In this document: in pieces, positions 9,201 to 19,063 of the stretch | How positions within the stretch are numbered: position 1 is the first letter of the stretch | How the letters are laid out: each line of letters starts with the position of its first letter | Source: Spirochaetia bacterium | GTDB lineage: Bacteria > Spirochaetota > Spirochaetia > CADAEX01 | Length of the DNA: 64,000 nt | Reading direction: 5' to 3' | Assembly: GCA_045606105.1 (NCBI GenBank) | Contig: JAZURI010000002.1 | Coordinates: 160,001 to 224,000, forward strand | The notes under the pieces: generated by a model | Seen by the model: the letters and a program-made list of their open reading frames with translations, nothing else | Database searches by the model: none | What the model was told of the DNA's origin: nothing | Program-made: the position numbers and the translations under genes

Positions 9201-12200
9201 CTACAGGAGTCTTGTAAGATTGTCCCTGATAAAGGCCGATTTTTCCTTCAGGTCTATAAGATCTGTCTTCATCATAAGATTATTCGGTCTGTCGGGAGCC
9301 AGTTTTATCTTGCCCCCTCCTTCCGTAACAAGCCTGACAACCTTGTCTATTGATATCATCGACATTCTGGCAAAGGTAATCACTATCTCCCCTCTTTTCT
9401 CCCTGAGGGACGAAATCTGAAGCTTTGTACAGAGTATCCTGATTTCTGCCAATGAAACAAGACTCTCTACCTCGTCCGGTATCGGACCGAACCGGTCCTC
9501 CATTTCGGTACAGATTATACCAAGCTCACCATCCGAGGTGACACCTGCGATTTTCTTGTATATTTCCAGCTTTTCCGACTGATCCCTGATATAGGAATCG
9601 GGAATATAGCCGCTGTATTCCAGCTCAAGGTAGACATCGCCTGTCCTTATCTCATCCTTCTTGTGCTCCAGCTCTCCCACAGCCTCGTCGATAAGGCGGA
9701 GATACATGTCAAAGCCTACGGAGCTGATTTCACCGCTCTGGTCACGCCCCAGCAGGTTTCCGGCACCGCGGACCTCCAGGTCCTTCATTGCCACCTTGAA
9801 GCCGGCTCCCAGTCCCGTATTGTCCGAAATGATACGGAGTCTTTTCATGGCAATTTCAGAAATGGCCAGATGATCAGGATAAAGAAGATAGGCATAGGCC
9901 AGCCGGTCAGACCTTCCTACGCGTCCCCTGAGCTGATACAGCTGGGAAATACCGTACATGTCGGCCCTGTCTATGATAATGGTGTTTACATTGGGAATAT
10001 CTATACCGTTTTCAATTATGGTGGTGGAGATAAGGACATGGATTCCCTTGTTTATGAACCTGTCCATTACATCCTCCAGCTCCTGTCCGCTCATCTTTCC
10101 GTGGGCAGTTTCCATGGTAAGCTCAGGGATAAGGCTTTCCAGATACAGGCGTACCTCATCCAGGGTTTCTACCCTGTTGTGAAGATAGAAAACCTGTCCG
10201 CCCCGTTCTATTTCACGGGTAATGGCTTTCCGGACCACATCCTCGCTGTAGGGCTCCACAAAGGTCTCTATAGGTCTTCTGTTTCTCGGCGGTGTCTCCA
10301 GTACGGAAAGGTCGCGGATTTTGAGAAGCGACATGTGGAGTGTTCTCGGAATCGGAGTGGCCGAAAGGGTAAGACAGTCCACCGAGGTCTTCAGTTCCTT
10401 CATTTTTTCCTTGTCCTTAACCCCGAACCGCTGCTCCTCATCTATGACCATAAGGCCCAGATTCCTGAAAGCCACATCCTTCTGGAGGATACGGTGGGTT
10501 CCTATGATTATGTCGGCCCGGCCTGTTTTAAGCTCCTCTATTACAGCCTTCTGCTCCTGTCTCGGTACAAAACGGGAAAGAAGACGGACCGTAACCGGGA
10601 AATTGCCGAAACGCTCCTTGAAATTGTTGTAATGCTGCTCTGCCAGAATGGTTGTAGGACAAAGGAACGCAACCTGCTTGCCGCCGTCCACAGCCTTGAA
10701 AACGGCACGCATGGCTATTTCTGTCTTTCCGTAGCCCACATCGCCGCACACCAGCCTGTCCATAGGGAAGGAGCTTTCCATATCGCTCTTGACCTCATCT
10801 ATGCAACGGAGCTGATCCTCTGTTTCGTCATACGGAAAGGCAGCCTCAAACTGAATCTGCATGTCACTGTCGGCAGGAAATGAATACCCGGTGGCATTCT
10901 TCCTTCTGGAATAGAGCTTAATAAGCCGTTTTGCCAGATCCTCGGCCGCTTTTTTTGCCTTGTTCTTTCTGGCCTCCCAGGATTTTCCCCCTATACGGTC
11001 CAGCCGCGGGGATGCCCCCTCCGAACCGATATAGCGCTGAACCAGGTTAACCTGTTCGATGGGAATGTAGAGGGTTTCCTCTTCGGCATATTCAATCTTT
11101 ATATAATCTCTTTCGGTAGTACTGTTACTGATTCTGTCGATACCGATAAACCGTCCGATTCCGTAGTTTACATGAACTACGAAGTCCCCCTTGTTAAGCT
11201 CCACAAAGGAATCTATAGGACGGCTTTTTGCCCTCTTTACAGAGGCGGGTACCCTTTTCTTCCTGCCGAAAATCTCATTTTCCTGAATAGCCATGATATG
11301 ACTGTCCGGAAGCACGAAGCCGCCCGATATATAGCCGTTGATTACCTCAAGGTCAAGATCCTCAAGGATTTTCCTGATTCTGGAGGCCTGGGTTTCGGAA
11401 TTGGAAAAAATATAGATTCTGTATCCGTTGGAAGCAAGAAGACGGAGCTCATCCTTAAGAAATGCAAAATTACCGAAAAAGGAACGACCCTGCTCATAAC
11501 TGTAACGGATTATGTCCCGTCCCCCCTCCCGGGAATTTGCCAGTACGGGAAAATATATCTTTCTTTCAGATTTTTTTTCCAGAGAGTCGAAATCAATGAG
11601 TATTTTTCTGATTTCAGGGGGATTTTCAAAGGTTTTTCTTCCGAACTGACGGTAAAGGGACTTATATTCCTCCTCCATGGTCCTGCCTCTTCCGGGAAGA
11701 AGCTCGCTGTCAATCATAAGAAGAGTGGAAAATTCAGGAAGATACCCCAGAATGTTATCCGTTTTTTCAAAGGTAAGGGGAAAGATATACTCCTCGCCCG
11801 GTGCCTCTCCATGGGTTTTCAGACCTGAAAGAGCCTCCTTGGTAAAAAAGTCCATGCTTTCAGCTTTATCAATGTTTTCCTTTTTCCAGATAATTTCCCT
11901 GCAGGGAGGAATAAGGATATCGGTAAATTTTCCGGATGATTTCTGGGTTATGGGATCCAGCCCGGTTATTTTCTCAATTTCGTCAAAATCCAGAACAACA
12001 CGGATTGCTTCGTCACTTCCAAAGGGAAAAAAATCAAAGACCTCTCCCCTGAGGGCAAAATCTCCTGCCACAGTAACCTTGGGAACCCTGATATAACCGC
12101 ACTCCTGCATGTTATGCTCAAGCTTTTCAACATTTATGCTGTCCCCTTTTCTCAGCCTGCAGATATGCTTCCGGATAAAATCGGCCGGTACCATGGGGGT

Positions 12201-12587
12201 AAGGAAGGCATCCACAGAGGTTACAACCACCCTTTTCGGATCTGTCAGAATGGAGGCAATGGCTTTCATCCTGTCGCTGAAGTTCCTTGTACCCGGGCTG
12301 TCCCCTTTATAAGGAAGGGTGTTCCAGGCAGGGAGCAGGACCGCCTTTTCCGAAACCAGGGAAATATCGCTGAAAAACAGCTCTGCCTCTCTTTCCGTAG
12401 GGAGAACCGCAAGAAGGGTCCCCTTTGAATAGCGGAGAAGATCGTCAATGACCACAGCCAGAGGCAGCTTCCTGATTCCCGATACGGTAATAGGAAACTT
12501 TCTGTCAATAAAGGCATTCACAAGAGTTTCGTGGGTAATCTGGGAATTATATATCTTTTTCAGTTCAGTTAAAAAATTTTCAGTCAT
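9201..12587 (-). CDS. mfd: Transcription-repair coupling factor
   Basis: UvrB-like module, RID (VVHVNYGIGRF), CGDVGYGKTE, IDEEQRFGV, QLRGRVGRS and TRCF C-terminus. Confidence 0.98.
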   Translation of the reverse strand: MTENFLTELKKIYNSQITHETLVNAFIDRKFPITVSGIRKLPLAVVIDDLLRYSKGTLLAVLPTEREAELFFSDISLVSEKAVLLPAWNTLPYKGDSPGTRNFSDRMKAIASILTDPKRVVVTSVDAFLTPMVPADFIRKHICRLRKGDSINVEKLEHNMQECGYIRVPKVTVAGDFALRGEVFDFFPFGSDEAIRVVLDFDEIEKITGLDPITQKSSGKFTDILIPPCREIIWKKENIDKAESMDFFTKEALSGLKTHGEAPGEEYIFPLTFEKTDNILGYLPEFSTLLMIDSELLPGRGRTMEEEYKSLYRQFGRKTFENPPEIRKILIDFDSLEKKSERKIYFPVLANSREGGRDIIRYSYEQGRSFFGNFAFLKDELRLLASNGYRIYIFSNSETQASRIRKILEDLDLEVINGYISGGFVLPDSHIMAIQENEIFGRKKRVPASVKRAKSRPIDSFVELNKGDFVVHVNYGIGRFIGIDRISNSTTERDYIKIEYAEEETLYIPIEQVNLVQRYIGSEGASPRLDRIGGKSWEARKNKAKKAAEDLAKRLIKLYSRRKNATGYSFPADSDMQIQFEAAFPYDETEDQLRCIDEVKSDMESSFPMDRLVCGDVGYGKTEIAMRAVFKAVDGGKQVAFLCPTTILAEQHYNNFKERFGNFPVTVRLLSRFVPRQEQKAVIEELKTGRADIIIGTHRILQKDVAFRNLGLMVIDEEQRFGVKDKEKMKELKTSVDCLTLSATPIPRTLHMSLLKIRDLSVLETPPRNRRPIETFVEPYSEDVVRKAITREIERGGQVFYLHNRVETLDEVRLYLESLIPELTMETAHGKMSGQELEDVMDRFINKGIHVLISTTIIENGIDIPNVNTIIIDRADMYGISQLYQLRGRVGRSDRLAYAYLLYPDHLAISEIAMKRLRIISDNTGLGAGFKVAMKDLEVRGAGNLLGRDQSGEISSVGFDMYLRLIDEAVGELEHKKDEIRTGDVYLELEYSGYIPDSYIRDQSEKLEIYKKIAGVTSDGELGIICTEMEDRFGPIPDEVESLVSLAEIRILCTKLQISSLREKRGEIVITFARMSMISIDKVVRLVTEGGGKIKLAPDRPNNLMMKTDLIDLKEKSAFIRDNLTRLL

Positions 12588-12703
12588 GTATATTGATGAC
12601 AGTATAAATATTACTTGGTTAATTTACAATAAAGAGCAATAATTTTTTAATTTTAATATGGATATTATGAAAGATATGTGGGATAATCCAATCAGGTGTT
12701 CAG

Positions 12704-13378
12704 ATGAAAATTCTTTGTATAGCTGAAAACAGAAACCTGAGATATGCCATAGAGCAGATACTGGGCAGCAATGAAAACTCACTTGTCTTTGCAGAGGATC
12801 CGCTGGCAGAAACCGAAAGGCTCAGGAGCTGCAGTCCCGATATCATTCTCATGAACTTTGAAGATTATCCCCTTCACTGGAAGCCGTTTCTGATCATGGC
12901 AGACCGGATTCTGGAGGGAGGCTACAGATTCATTCTCCTGACCGGAAGAACATTCCTTATTGAAGAGAGCACTGCGGCAGAGTACCTTGGAGCAGAGCTG
13001 ATTCCGTGGAATACGGAGGTCAGATTTTTCAGAGGAGAGCTGAGAAAGGCTGTAACAGGGACATATCCTGTCAGAAAAAAACAGGGAAGCCTTCCAAAGG
13101 CTGATTTTGCATTCATGCTTCCCGGCAGCTGCGAGATGATTTTTGCAGAGCGGGTATGGCAGCTTTCAGACCGGGATATTGTCTTTACCCTGGAAAAGGA
13201 AAAATCAAGACAGCTTTCCGAAACGGGAGAAATCCACAACTGTATTCTGAGACTGGGCAATGAAATCATCAGACCGGCATGCAGGGTGGAATCCATAGGA
13301 AAAAACATCAGGATGCTCTTCACCTCAATCACGGACTCTGAAAAAGAGAAAATAAACAACAGCTTTACATATATCTGA
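12704..13378 (+). CDS. Receiver-like domain fused to a degenerate PilZ-like domain
   Basis: N-terminal MKILCIAE...PDIILMN (receiver fold, Asp replaced by Asn); C-terminal beta-rich CILRLGNEIIRPACRV...F resembling PilZ. Confidence 0.55.
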   Translation: MKILCIAENRNLRYAIEQILGSNENSLVFAEDPLAETERLRSCSPDIILMNFEDYPLHWKPFLIMADRILEGGYRFILLTGRTFLIEESTAAEYLGAELIPWNTEVRFFRGELRKAVTGTYPVRKKQGSLPKADFAFMLPGSCEMIFAERVWQLSDRDIVFTLEKEKSRQLSETGEIHNCILRLGNEIIRPACRVESIGKNIRMLFTSITDSEKEKINNSFTYI

Positions 13379-14362
13379 TCAGAAAATCATATAGGATTCG
13401 ATGGAATTATCCTTCAGAAGCAATACTGTATTGTTCACATCCATCCCTTCCGTTACGGGAATAATGACCTTGTACATTTTATTTCCGTTGGCAGGAACGG
13501 TATTTATTACAGCCTTCAGATTCAGTTCTGCAATCTTTTTCTTCATGCTGTCGGCATTTTCCATGCTGCTGAAGGAACCGACCTGAATGGCAGACGGTAC
13601 GGCAATGGTCTTCTCCTCCTCGGTGCCGGAAATATCGGCATCGGCAGGAAGCTTTTCTTCGTTTTTAACGCCTGCAGGTACATATCCTGAATCGATGAAA
13701 ATCCTTGACGGGGTAACGGGAAAAGAGCTCTCCCGTGCTGCCAGCTTCCCCTCAAAGCCCGATTTCCTGAGCTTTTTCTCCGCAGCTGTGCGAGTATCCT
13801 CGATTCCGTATACTGTGGCAATATCGTAAACCAGATATACCTCTGAGCTTTCCGATGCTCCGGCCAGTACGGCATCCAGAAGAGCTTTTCCTCCGGCATT
13901 GTCCCCCTTGTAGAAAAGCAGGGCTCCCTTCATGGCAGTCGCCTTCCTGCCGTAGGTATCTGTATCCCCCTCTGCAACAATTCCGAACATTTTTTCAGCC
14001 TGCTCTGTCTTGCCTGTTTCGTGGTATATGACACCTGCCATATAGAGATTGTCATAGGATTTAGGGCTGACTCCGTAGGCCCTCTCATAGTAGCTGCATG
14101 CAGTTTCCAGGTTTCCGGTAACATGGGCCAGATCTGCAGTTGCCCGGTAAATGCGGTATTTGTCGGTAATCCTTGCGGAACAGAAATTAACAGCCTCGAT
14201 TATCCTGGACGGAGACTTTTCCAGAACAAATATACGGTCCAGTGCCTTATCGGGACTGATTTCGGTATTACGGAGCTGCTTGTAACAGTCGCTTAATTCG
14301 TCACCGTAGAGAGGAGATGAGAGTAAAAGAAATATTATGAGAATTTCAGATAGTCTTTTCAT
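13379..14362 (-). CDS. TPR + SPOR domain periplasmic protein
   Basis: Signal peptide from MKRLSEIL (14362); TPR-like helices; C-terminal IQVGSFSSMENA...YKVII (SPOR). Confidence 0.85.
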   Translation of the reverse strand: MKRLSEILIIFLLLSSPLYGDELSDCYKQLRNTEISPDKALDRIFVLEKSPSRIIEAVNFCSARITDKYRIYRATADLAHVTGNLETACSYYERAYGVSPKSYDNLYMAGVIYHETGKTEQAEKMFGIVAEGDTDTYGRKATAMKGALLFYKGDNAGGKALLDAVLAGASESSEVYLVYDIATVYGIEDTRTAAEKKLRKSGFEGKLAARESSFPVTPSRIFIDSGYVPAGVKNEEKLPADADISGTEEEKTIAVPSAIQVGSFSSMENADSMKKKIAELNLKAVINTVPANGNKMYKVIIPVTEGMDVNNTVLLLKDNSIESYMIF

Positions 14363-14615
14363 CCTTGATTTCTTCTTTTTTATCCTTTTTCTTTTCCTTT
14401 TCCTTTTTTTCCTTATTCTTGGTCTTTGAAGTAAAAACAAAAGGGAGCATAAACAGAGCACCCAGAGCAAAGGAAACAGTTACCGAAAGAAAAATCGGAA
14501 CATTGCTTATTTTCCTGAATCCGAAATTGATATCTGTGACATTGGACAGATTCATTGCGGCAAACAGGGCATATATACAGATAAATATTACAAAAACTAT
14601 CATTTTTCCTTTCAT
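14346..14615 (-). CDS. LapA-like small membrane protein
   Basis: Two TM segments; LFAAMN...INFGF...VPIF...FALGAL; Lys-rich tail. Confidence 0.7.
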   Translation of the reverse strand: MKGKMIVFVIFICIYALFAAMNLSNVTDINFGFRKISNVPIFLSVTVSFALGALFMLPFVFTSKTKNKEKKEKEKKKDKKEEIKDEKTI

Positions 14616-15904
14616 ATAACCTCACCTTTAAGAGTATTACCCACAGCGGAAACAATTTTCACATCCATGAATGTTCCTATTTTATCACATTTTTCTGCAA
14701 ATACAACCATATCATCCCCTTCAGTTCTTCCCAGAAGCTCTTTTTCATCCTTTTTGGAGACAGATTCAACAAGAACCCTTCTTACTGAACCGACCTTGCT
14801 TTCCTTCAGCTCTCCGCTTATCCTGTGCTGGAGTGAAATGATCCTGTCCAGACGGGCCAGCTTGATTTCGTGAGGAACGCTGTCAGGCAATGTACAGGCC
14901 TTTGTTCCCTCCCTGGGATTGTAATAATAGGTATATGCATCGGAATACCTGACCTTTTCCATAAGCTCGGCAGTGGCAAGCCAGTCCTCCTCCTTTTCCC
15001 CCGGAAACCCGATGAGAATATCGGTGGTCAGGGATACGCCCCTTATCTTTTCCTTTATTTCGGCAATGATATCGAGATAACGGCCGGAGGTATATTTTCT
15101 GTTCATAAGCTCCAGGATCCTGTCGCTGCCGTGCTGTACCGGAAGATGGATATGGCTGCAGATCTGCGGATATTCCGCTATGGTATCGATAAGGTCGGAG
15201 CCGAAATCCTTAGGGTGGGATGACATGAACCTTATCCAGCCCACGGATGAGATATTCTCGCAGGTAAGCTTCAGCAATGTGGCAAAATCTATCTCCTTTC
15301 CCTTATAAAATCCACGGTAGGAGTTTACATTCTGTCCCAGGAAGGTAATCTCCTTTACCCCCTTGCTGTCCAGAAAGCGGACCTCGTTGATAACAGCCTC
15401 GGCATCCCTTGAAATCTCCCTTCCCCGTACATACGGAACAATACAATAGGAACAGAAATTGTTGCAGCCGTGCATTATCGGCACAAAGGCCTTGAAGCTG
15501 CTGCCGTCGGAATGGTAATCCATGAATACATATTTGTCGGAAGCCTTTTTTTCAGGGATTGAATCCAGATACTCCAGGATATTGTTCTTTTCAAAGGTTC
15601 CCAGTACATAATCCACAGTTCCCTTTCCTTCCCTGAGCAGCTCCTCCTTGATACGCTCTGCCATACATCCTATTATGACAAGCCTGAAATCAGAGCTTTT
15701 TTTCAGTCTCCTGAAATAACCGATACGTCCCCATATCCTGTCCTCTGCAGTCTTGCGTACAGAGCATGTGTTTATGATAACCAGATCGGCATCTGCATCC
15801 TTTGCACAGGGCTCCCAGCCCCTTTTCCTGAGGAGAAGCTCCAGCGAGTCTGATTCTGCCTTGTTCATCTGGCAGCCGTATGTTTCAAGCCAATATTTAT
15901 TCAT
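14612..15904 (-). CDS. miaB: tRNA-2-methylthio-N6-dimethylallyladenosine synthase
   Basis: TYGCQMN, INTCSVR, GCNNFCSYCIVPYVRG and a TRAM domain. Confidence 0.97.
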   Translation of the reverse strand: MNKYWLETYGCQMNKAESDSLELLLRKRGWEPCAKDADADLVIINTCSVRKTAEDRIWGRIGYFRRLKKSSDFRLVIIGCMAERIKEELLREGKGTVDYVLGTFEKNNILEYLDSIPEKKASDKYVFMDYHSDGSSFKAFVPIMHGCNNFCSYCIVPYVRGREISRDAEAVINEVRFLDSKGVKEITFLGQNVNSYRGFYKGKEIDFATLLKLTCENISSVGWIRFMSSHPKDFGSDLIDTIAEYPQICSHIHLPVQHGSDRILELMNRKYTSGRYLDIIAEIKEKIRGVSLTTDILIGFPGEKEEDWLATAELMEKVRYSDAYTYYYNPREGTKACTLPDSVPHEIKLARLDRIISLQHRISGELKESKVGSVRRVLVESVSKKDEKELLGRTEGDDMVVFAEKCDKIGTFMDVKIVSAVGNTLKGEVI

Positions 15905-16709
15905 CTGTTTTCTCTTTTATGAATTTTCTAACAAGTTCCCAGTCATTGTCAATAGGGACAACAATCCAGGCCCCCTTATCAAAATCCTCATCCACATCGG
16001 AAGCCTTTAATCCGTGATGGAGAAGATTTGAATAGGTTTCGTAAAGAACATTACCCGTCCCCAGGGAAATATTCCTGATTTTCTCTATTTTACCCATGGT
16101 CCGGTAAAGTGTGTAGGCCTCTTTAAGGGAAATATCGGTTTTTGTATATCTGAAGCCGATTCTGATTATGCTGCCCAGTTTTCCGATATCTGCAACACCT
16201 ATTTCCCCCAGCTTATCCTTAACTGCCATAAGAATCTTCTGCTGTCGGTAATCCCTGGAAAAAACAGGAGTAAAATGGCGTGCCCTGGCTATTCTCAGAG
16301 CCTCTATTCCGTTTACATGATGAATTCCGGCAGGATAAAACAGTGTGGTCCAGTTGCCGTTTTCATCCCTTACCCTGTAGGTAGGATCCACAAGGGGCTC
16401 CTCCAGCTCAACATCTATTCCTCCGAGAACATTAACCAGTTCCACAAAAGCATACATGTCCACCACCGCATGGCGGTTTATTTCAAGCCCCGTGATTTCC
16501 GAAACAGTTCCGGCCAGGGTTTCTATACCGTAGGTTCCGTAAAGGCTGTTTATTTTCTTTTTTTTGTGGTAAAGGTCTCGCGGAATACTGATAAGATTTG
16601 CATAATTTCTTTCCATATCAAGAGATACAATTATTATGGCATCGGTATTGTTCTGATTTGTCCCGCAGACCAGTATGTTGAACAGGTTATCTGAGTTCAG
16701 TTTTTTTTT
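15897..16709 (-). CDS. LCP (LytR-CpsA-Psr) catalytic domain; 3' part of a frameshifted gene
   Basis: Frame is open from the A9 run: KKLNSDNLFNILVCGTNQNNTDAIIIVSLDMER...LISIPRDLY...KINSLY...LGGIDV...EALRIARARH...SRDYRQQ. The ORF-track start (16616) truncates the domain. Confidence 0.85.
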   Translation of the reverse strand, partial: KKKLNSDNLFNILVCGTNQNNTDAIIIVSLDMERNYANLISIPRDLYHKKKKINSLYGTYGIETLAGTVSEITGLEINRHAVVDMYAFVELVNVLGGIDVELEEPLVDPTYRVRDENGNWTTLFYPAGIHHVNGIEALRIARARHFTPVFSRDYRQQKILMAVKDKLGEIGVADIGKLGSIIRIGFRYTKTDISLKEAYTLYRTMGKIEKIRNISLGTGNVLYETYSNLLHHGLKASDVDEDFDKGAWIVVPIDNDWELVRKFIKEKTDE

Positions 16710-17803
16710 ACCGATGAGATAATCACATTATCCTTGTCAAATATGTATATTTCCCCGGTGCTTTTCTCCATGGAGATCTTGCCGGCCCGGCGACCGGTAC
16801 TGTCGGTAATGACAAAATCGTAGCTGTCCTCAGTTTCGGAAGGTTTTGGGGAGATTACGCAGCCTCGGATGTCAAGAAAGCTTCTGAAGGAGTCATCGTT
16901 TACCATGTATTTAAGCTCCTCCAACTTTGAAACCGCCTTTTTTTCCGCAACTGTACGGATATCGAAATGAGAATCTATGTTGAAAAGCCTTTCCTTTAGC
17001 TCATGAAGCGTACAGACTGTATCACCGAGGGTAAAGGCTCCGTTTCCGAAGCTGAATACAGCAGAACAGAGAGTGGAACCGTCGGAACGGTGAATATCAT
17101 ACCCTTTACTTTGATAATCATCCTGTTTTTCCTTGAGATAAAGCTTTTTTTCTTTGAGATAAGATGAAAGGGCAGGATCTTCCATTATGGCTTCAAAATC
17201 CCCCAGAAGAGGAAAAACCGCACTGAATCTTTTTGCAGTGCCGTCGTAATGCCTTTCCAGGAAGTTTCTGATATCATCGGTTCCGTTCAGAACAGCGGAA
17301 TCTGAACCGTTATGGGTTTCTGCCGTTATTTTATCCGAAACGGAAACAGTAAAGAATGCTGCTCCGCCGGACAGGAGAAATATCCTGTTTCCCCGCAGAA
17401 CAGGTGTCAGGCCGTATTTTTCATACAGCCGGAGAGCATCTTCCCCTTCAGAATAAAGAAGAAGAGCCTCCCTGAGCCTGGCCTCTCCGTACTCGCTGAG
17501 AAGCCTGTCCACCGCATTGTAATAAAGGGCGTAGTCTGAACCGTCATTTTTATCTGATTCTCCGGAAGGCAGGGTGTTACCATAGGAATTTGTCTTCAGA
17601 CCGAGAAATTCCCTGACCTCGTTAAGGTCATCCCCCAGCCCGTCAACCGAAAAGTCCAGCTGATTAAGATTTCCGGCCGTCTCCTTTATTTCGGTATAAA
17701 GCCGGTTTACTGCACGGTAGGTCCGGTAATTGAAAAAAAACAGACTTCCCACACAGATCAGGGCAAGGGTAATGATTACTGCATTACGGAGCCTTCCTCT
17801 CAT
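16697..17803 (-). CDS. Membrane-anchored extracytoplasmic protein; 5' part of the LCP gene, ends ...SSVKKN* on a slippery run
   Basis: Single N-terminal TM, coiled coil and repeated alpha/beta modules; ends GTA AAA AAA AAC TGA. Confidence 0.8.
   Translation of the reverse strand: MRGRLRNAVIITLALICVGSLFFFNYRTYRAVNRLYTEIKETAGNLNQLDFSVDGLGDDLNEVREFLGLKTNSYGNTLPSGESDKNDGSDYALYYNAVDRLLSEYGEARLREALLLYSEGEDALRLYEKYGLTPVLRGNRIFLLSGGAAFFTVSVSDKITAETHNGSDSAVLNGTDDIRNFLERHYDGTAKRFSAVFPLLGDFEAIMEDPALSSYLKEKKLYLKEKQDDYQSKGYDIHRSDGSTLCSAVFSFGNGAFTLGDTVCTLHELKERLFNIDSHFDIRTVAEKKAVSKLEELKYMVNDDSFRSFLDIRGCVISPKPSETEDSYDFVITDSTGRRAGKISMEKSTGEIYIFDKDNVIISSVKKN
16700..16709 (-). other. Candidate -1 recoding site A9C (A_AAA_AAC)
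   Basis: Nine A's followed by C at the junction of the two frames; a -1 shift or one added A fuses them into a 635-aa protein. Confidence 0.6.
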
Positions 17804-19059
17804 TAATGCCTGAAACTCCTCTGGCCGGTATAAACCATGGCGGCATTGAATTCGTTGCAGGCCTCGATGGATTCAAAATCCCTGAGGGATCCGCCCGGCT
17901 GAACCACGGCTGTTACCCCTTCCTTAAGCCCGATATCGATTCCGTCCCTGAACGGGAAGAAGGCATCGGAAACCATGATGCTTCCCTTGAGACCGCCGTT
18001 TTCAGCCTTTACCACATCCTCGATTGCCTTTCTCTTGTCAGGATCTGTAAGGTTATACCAGGATTTTGCATAAAGATCCCAACAGATTCTGTCACACATT
18101 TTCTTGTAGGCCTTGTCTCTTGCAATTTCTGCAACACCTACCCTGTCCTGCTCTCCGGTACCGATTCCCACTGTAACGCCGTCCTTTACATAGATGACGG
18201 AGTTGCTGGTTACACCGCTTTCAACAAGCCAGCCGAAGATGATATCGTCGAATTCCTTGTCTGTAGGAGCTCTGTTTACCCTGTATTCCTGACCCTTGTA
18301 TTCGCATACCGCAGGGAGGAAATCCTCTTTCTTTCTTGCAACCGGAAGATAGGACCACTGGGTAATGATTCCGCCGTCAAGAATGGACTTGAAATCGAGG
18401 AAACGGGTATATGCAAACTCATGGAGCCTGTCGATATTCTTTATGCGCATAACACGGAGATTCTTCTTGGACTGGAAAAGCTCGAATGCCTTAGGTGAGA
18501 ATTCAGGTGCGGCAACAACCTCCACATATCCTTCGCATACCTGCTCTGCAGTTTCGATATCCACCTCGCGGTTAAGGATTACCGCACCGCCGAAGGCTGC
18601 AATCCTGTCTGCCATAAGGGACTTATGGAATGCATCCACAAGAGTTTCTCCCTTGGCTACACCGGACGGGTTGTTGTGCTTGATGATGACACTGCATGGT
18701 GTATCCTGGAAAAAGCGGAGAATGTTAAGACCGTTGTCTACATCTGTGATATTGATCTTTCCGGGATGCTTGCCGGACTGAAGAAGCTCCACATCGGAAG
18801 CAAGGTACTTTCCGTTCAGGACAGTTTCCACACCGCCGATGGAAAGGTTGCCGTTGATAAGCTTGTACATGGCTGCAGGCTGATCAGGGTTTTCCCCGTA
18901 TCTGAGTCCCAGTCTTTCCCCGCCGATGTCCCACTGCACCTTCTCGTAGCACAGGGTCTGCTTTCCGGCCTCTCCCCTGAAGGAAATATCCATGAATTCA
19001 GGAAAGGCGTCCTTGTTGATGTTCTTATACATATCCTTGAGATTTTCTGCCATTTTCAT
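17803..19059 (-). CDS. purH: AICAR transformylase domain of a split PurH
   Basis: LRYGENPDQ, IIKHNNPSGVA, AFGG, SNSV, GIGTGEQDRV, SDAFFPFRDG, QPGGSLRD and RSFRH motifs. Confidence 0.9.
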   Translation of the reverse strand: MKMAENLKDMYKNINKDAFPEFMDISFRGEAGKQTLCYEKVQWDIGGERLGLRYGENPDQPAAMYKLINGNLSIGGVETVLNGKYLASDVELLQSGKHPGKINITDVDNGLNILRFFQDTPCSVIIKHNNPSGVAKGETLVDAFHKSLMADRIAAFGGAVILNREVDIETAEQVCEGYVEVVAAPEFSPKAFELFQSKKNLRVMRIKNIDRLHEFAYTRFLDFKSILDGGIITQWSYLPVARKKEDFLPAVCEYKGQEYRVNRAPTDKEFDDIIFGWLVESGVTSNSVIYVKDGVTVGIGTGEQDRVGVAEIARDKAYKKMCDRICWDLYAKSWYNLTDPDKRKAIEDVVKAENGGLKGSIMVSDAFFPFRDGIDIGLKEGVTAVVQPGGSLRDFESIEACNEFNAAMVYTGQRSFRH

Positions 19060-19063
19060 ATCC

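Noticed and set aside
9663-10883. 406-aa + strand ORF, and similar long antisense ORFs in secA, hydG, glyQS and purH
   Set aside because: They lie opposite conserved genes, carry no recognisable motifs, and are explained by codon bias.
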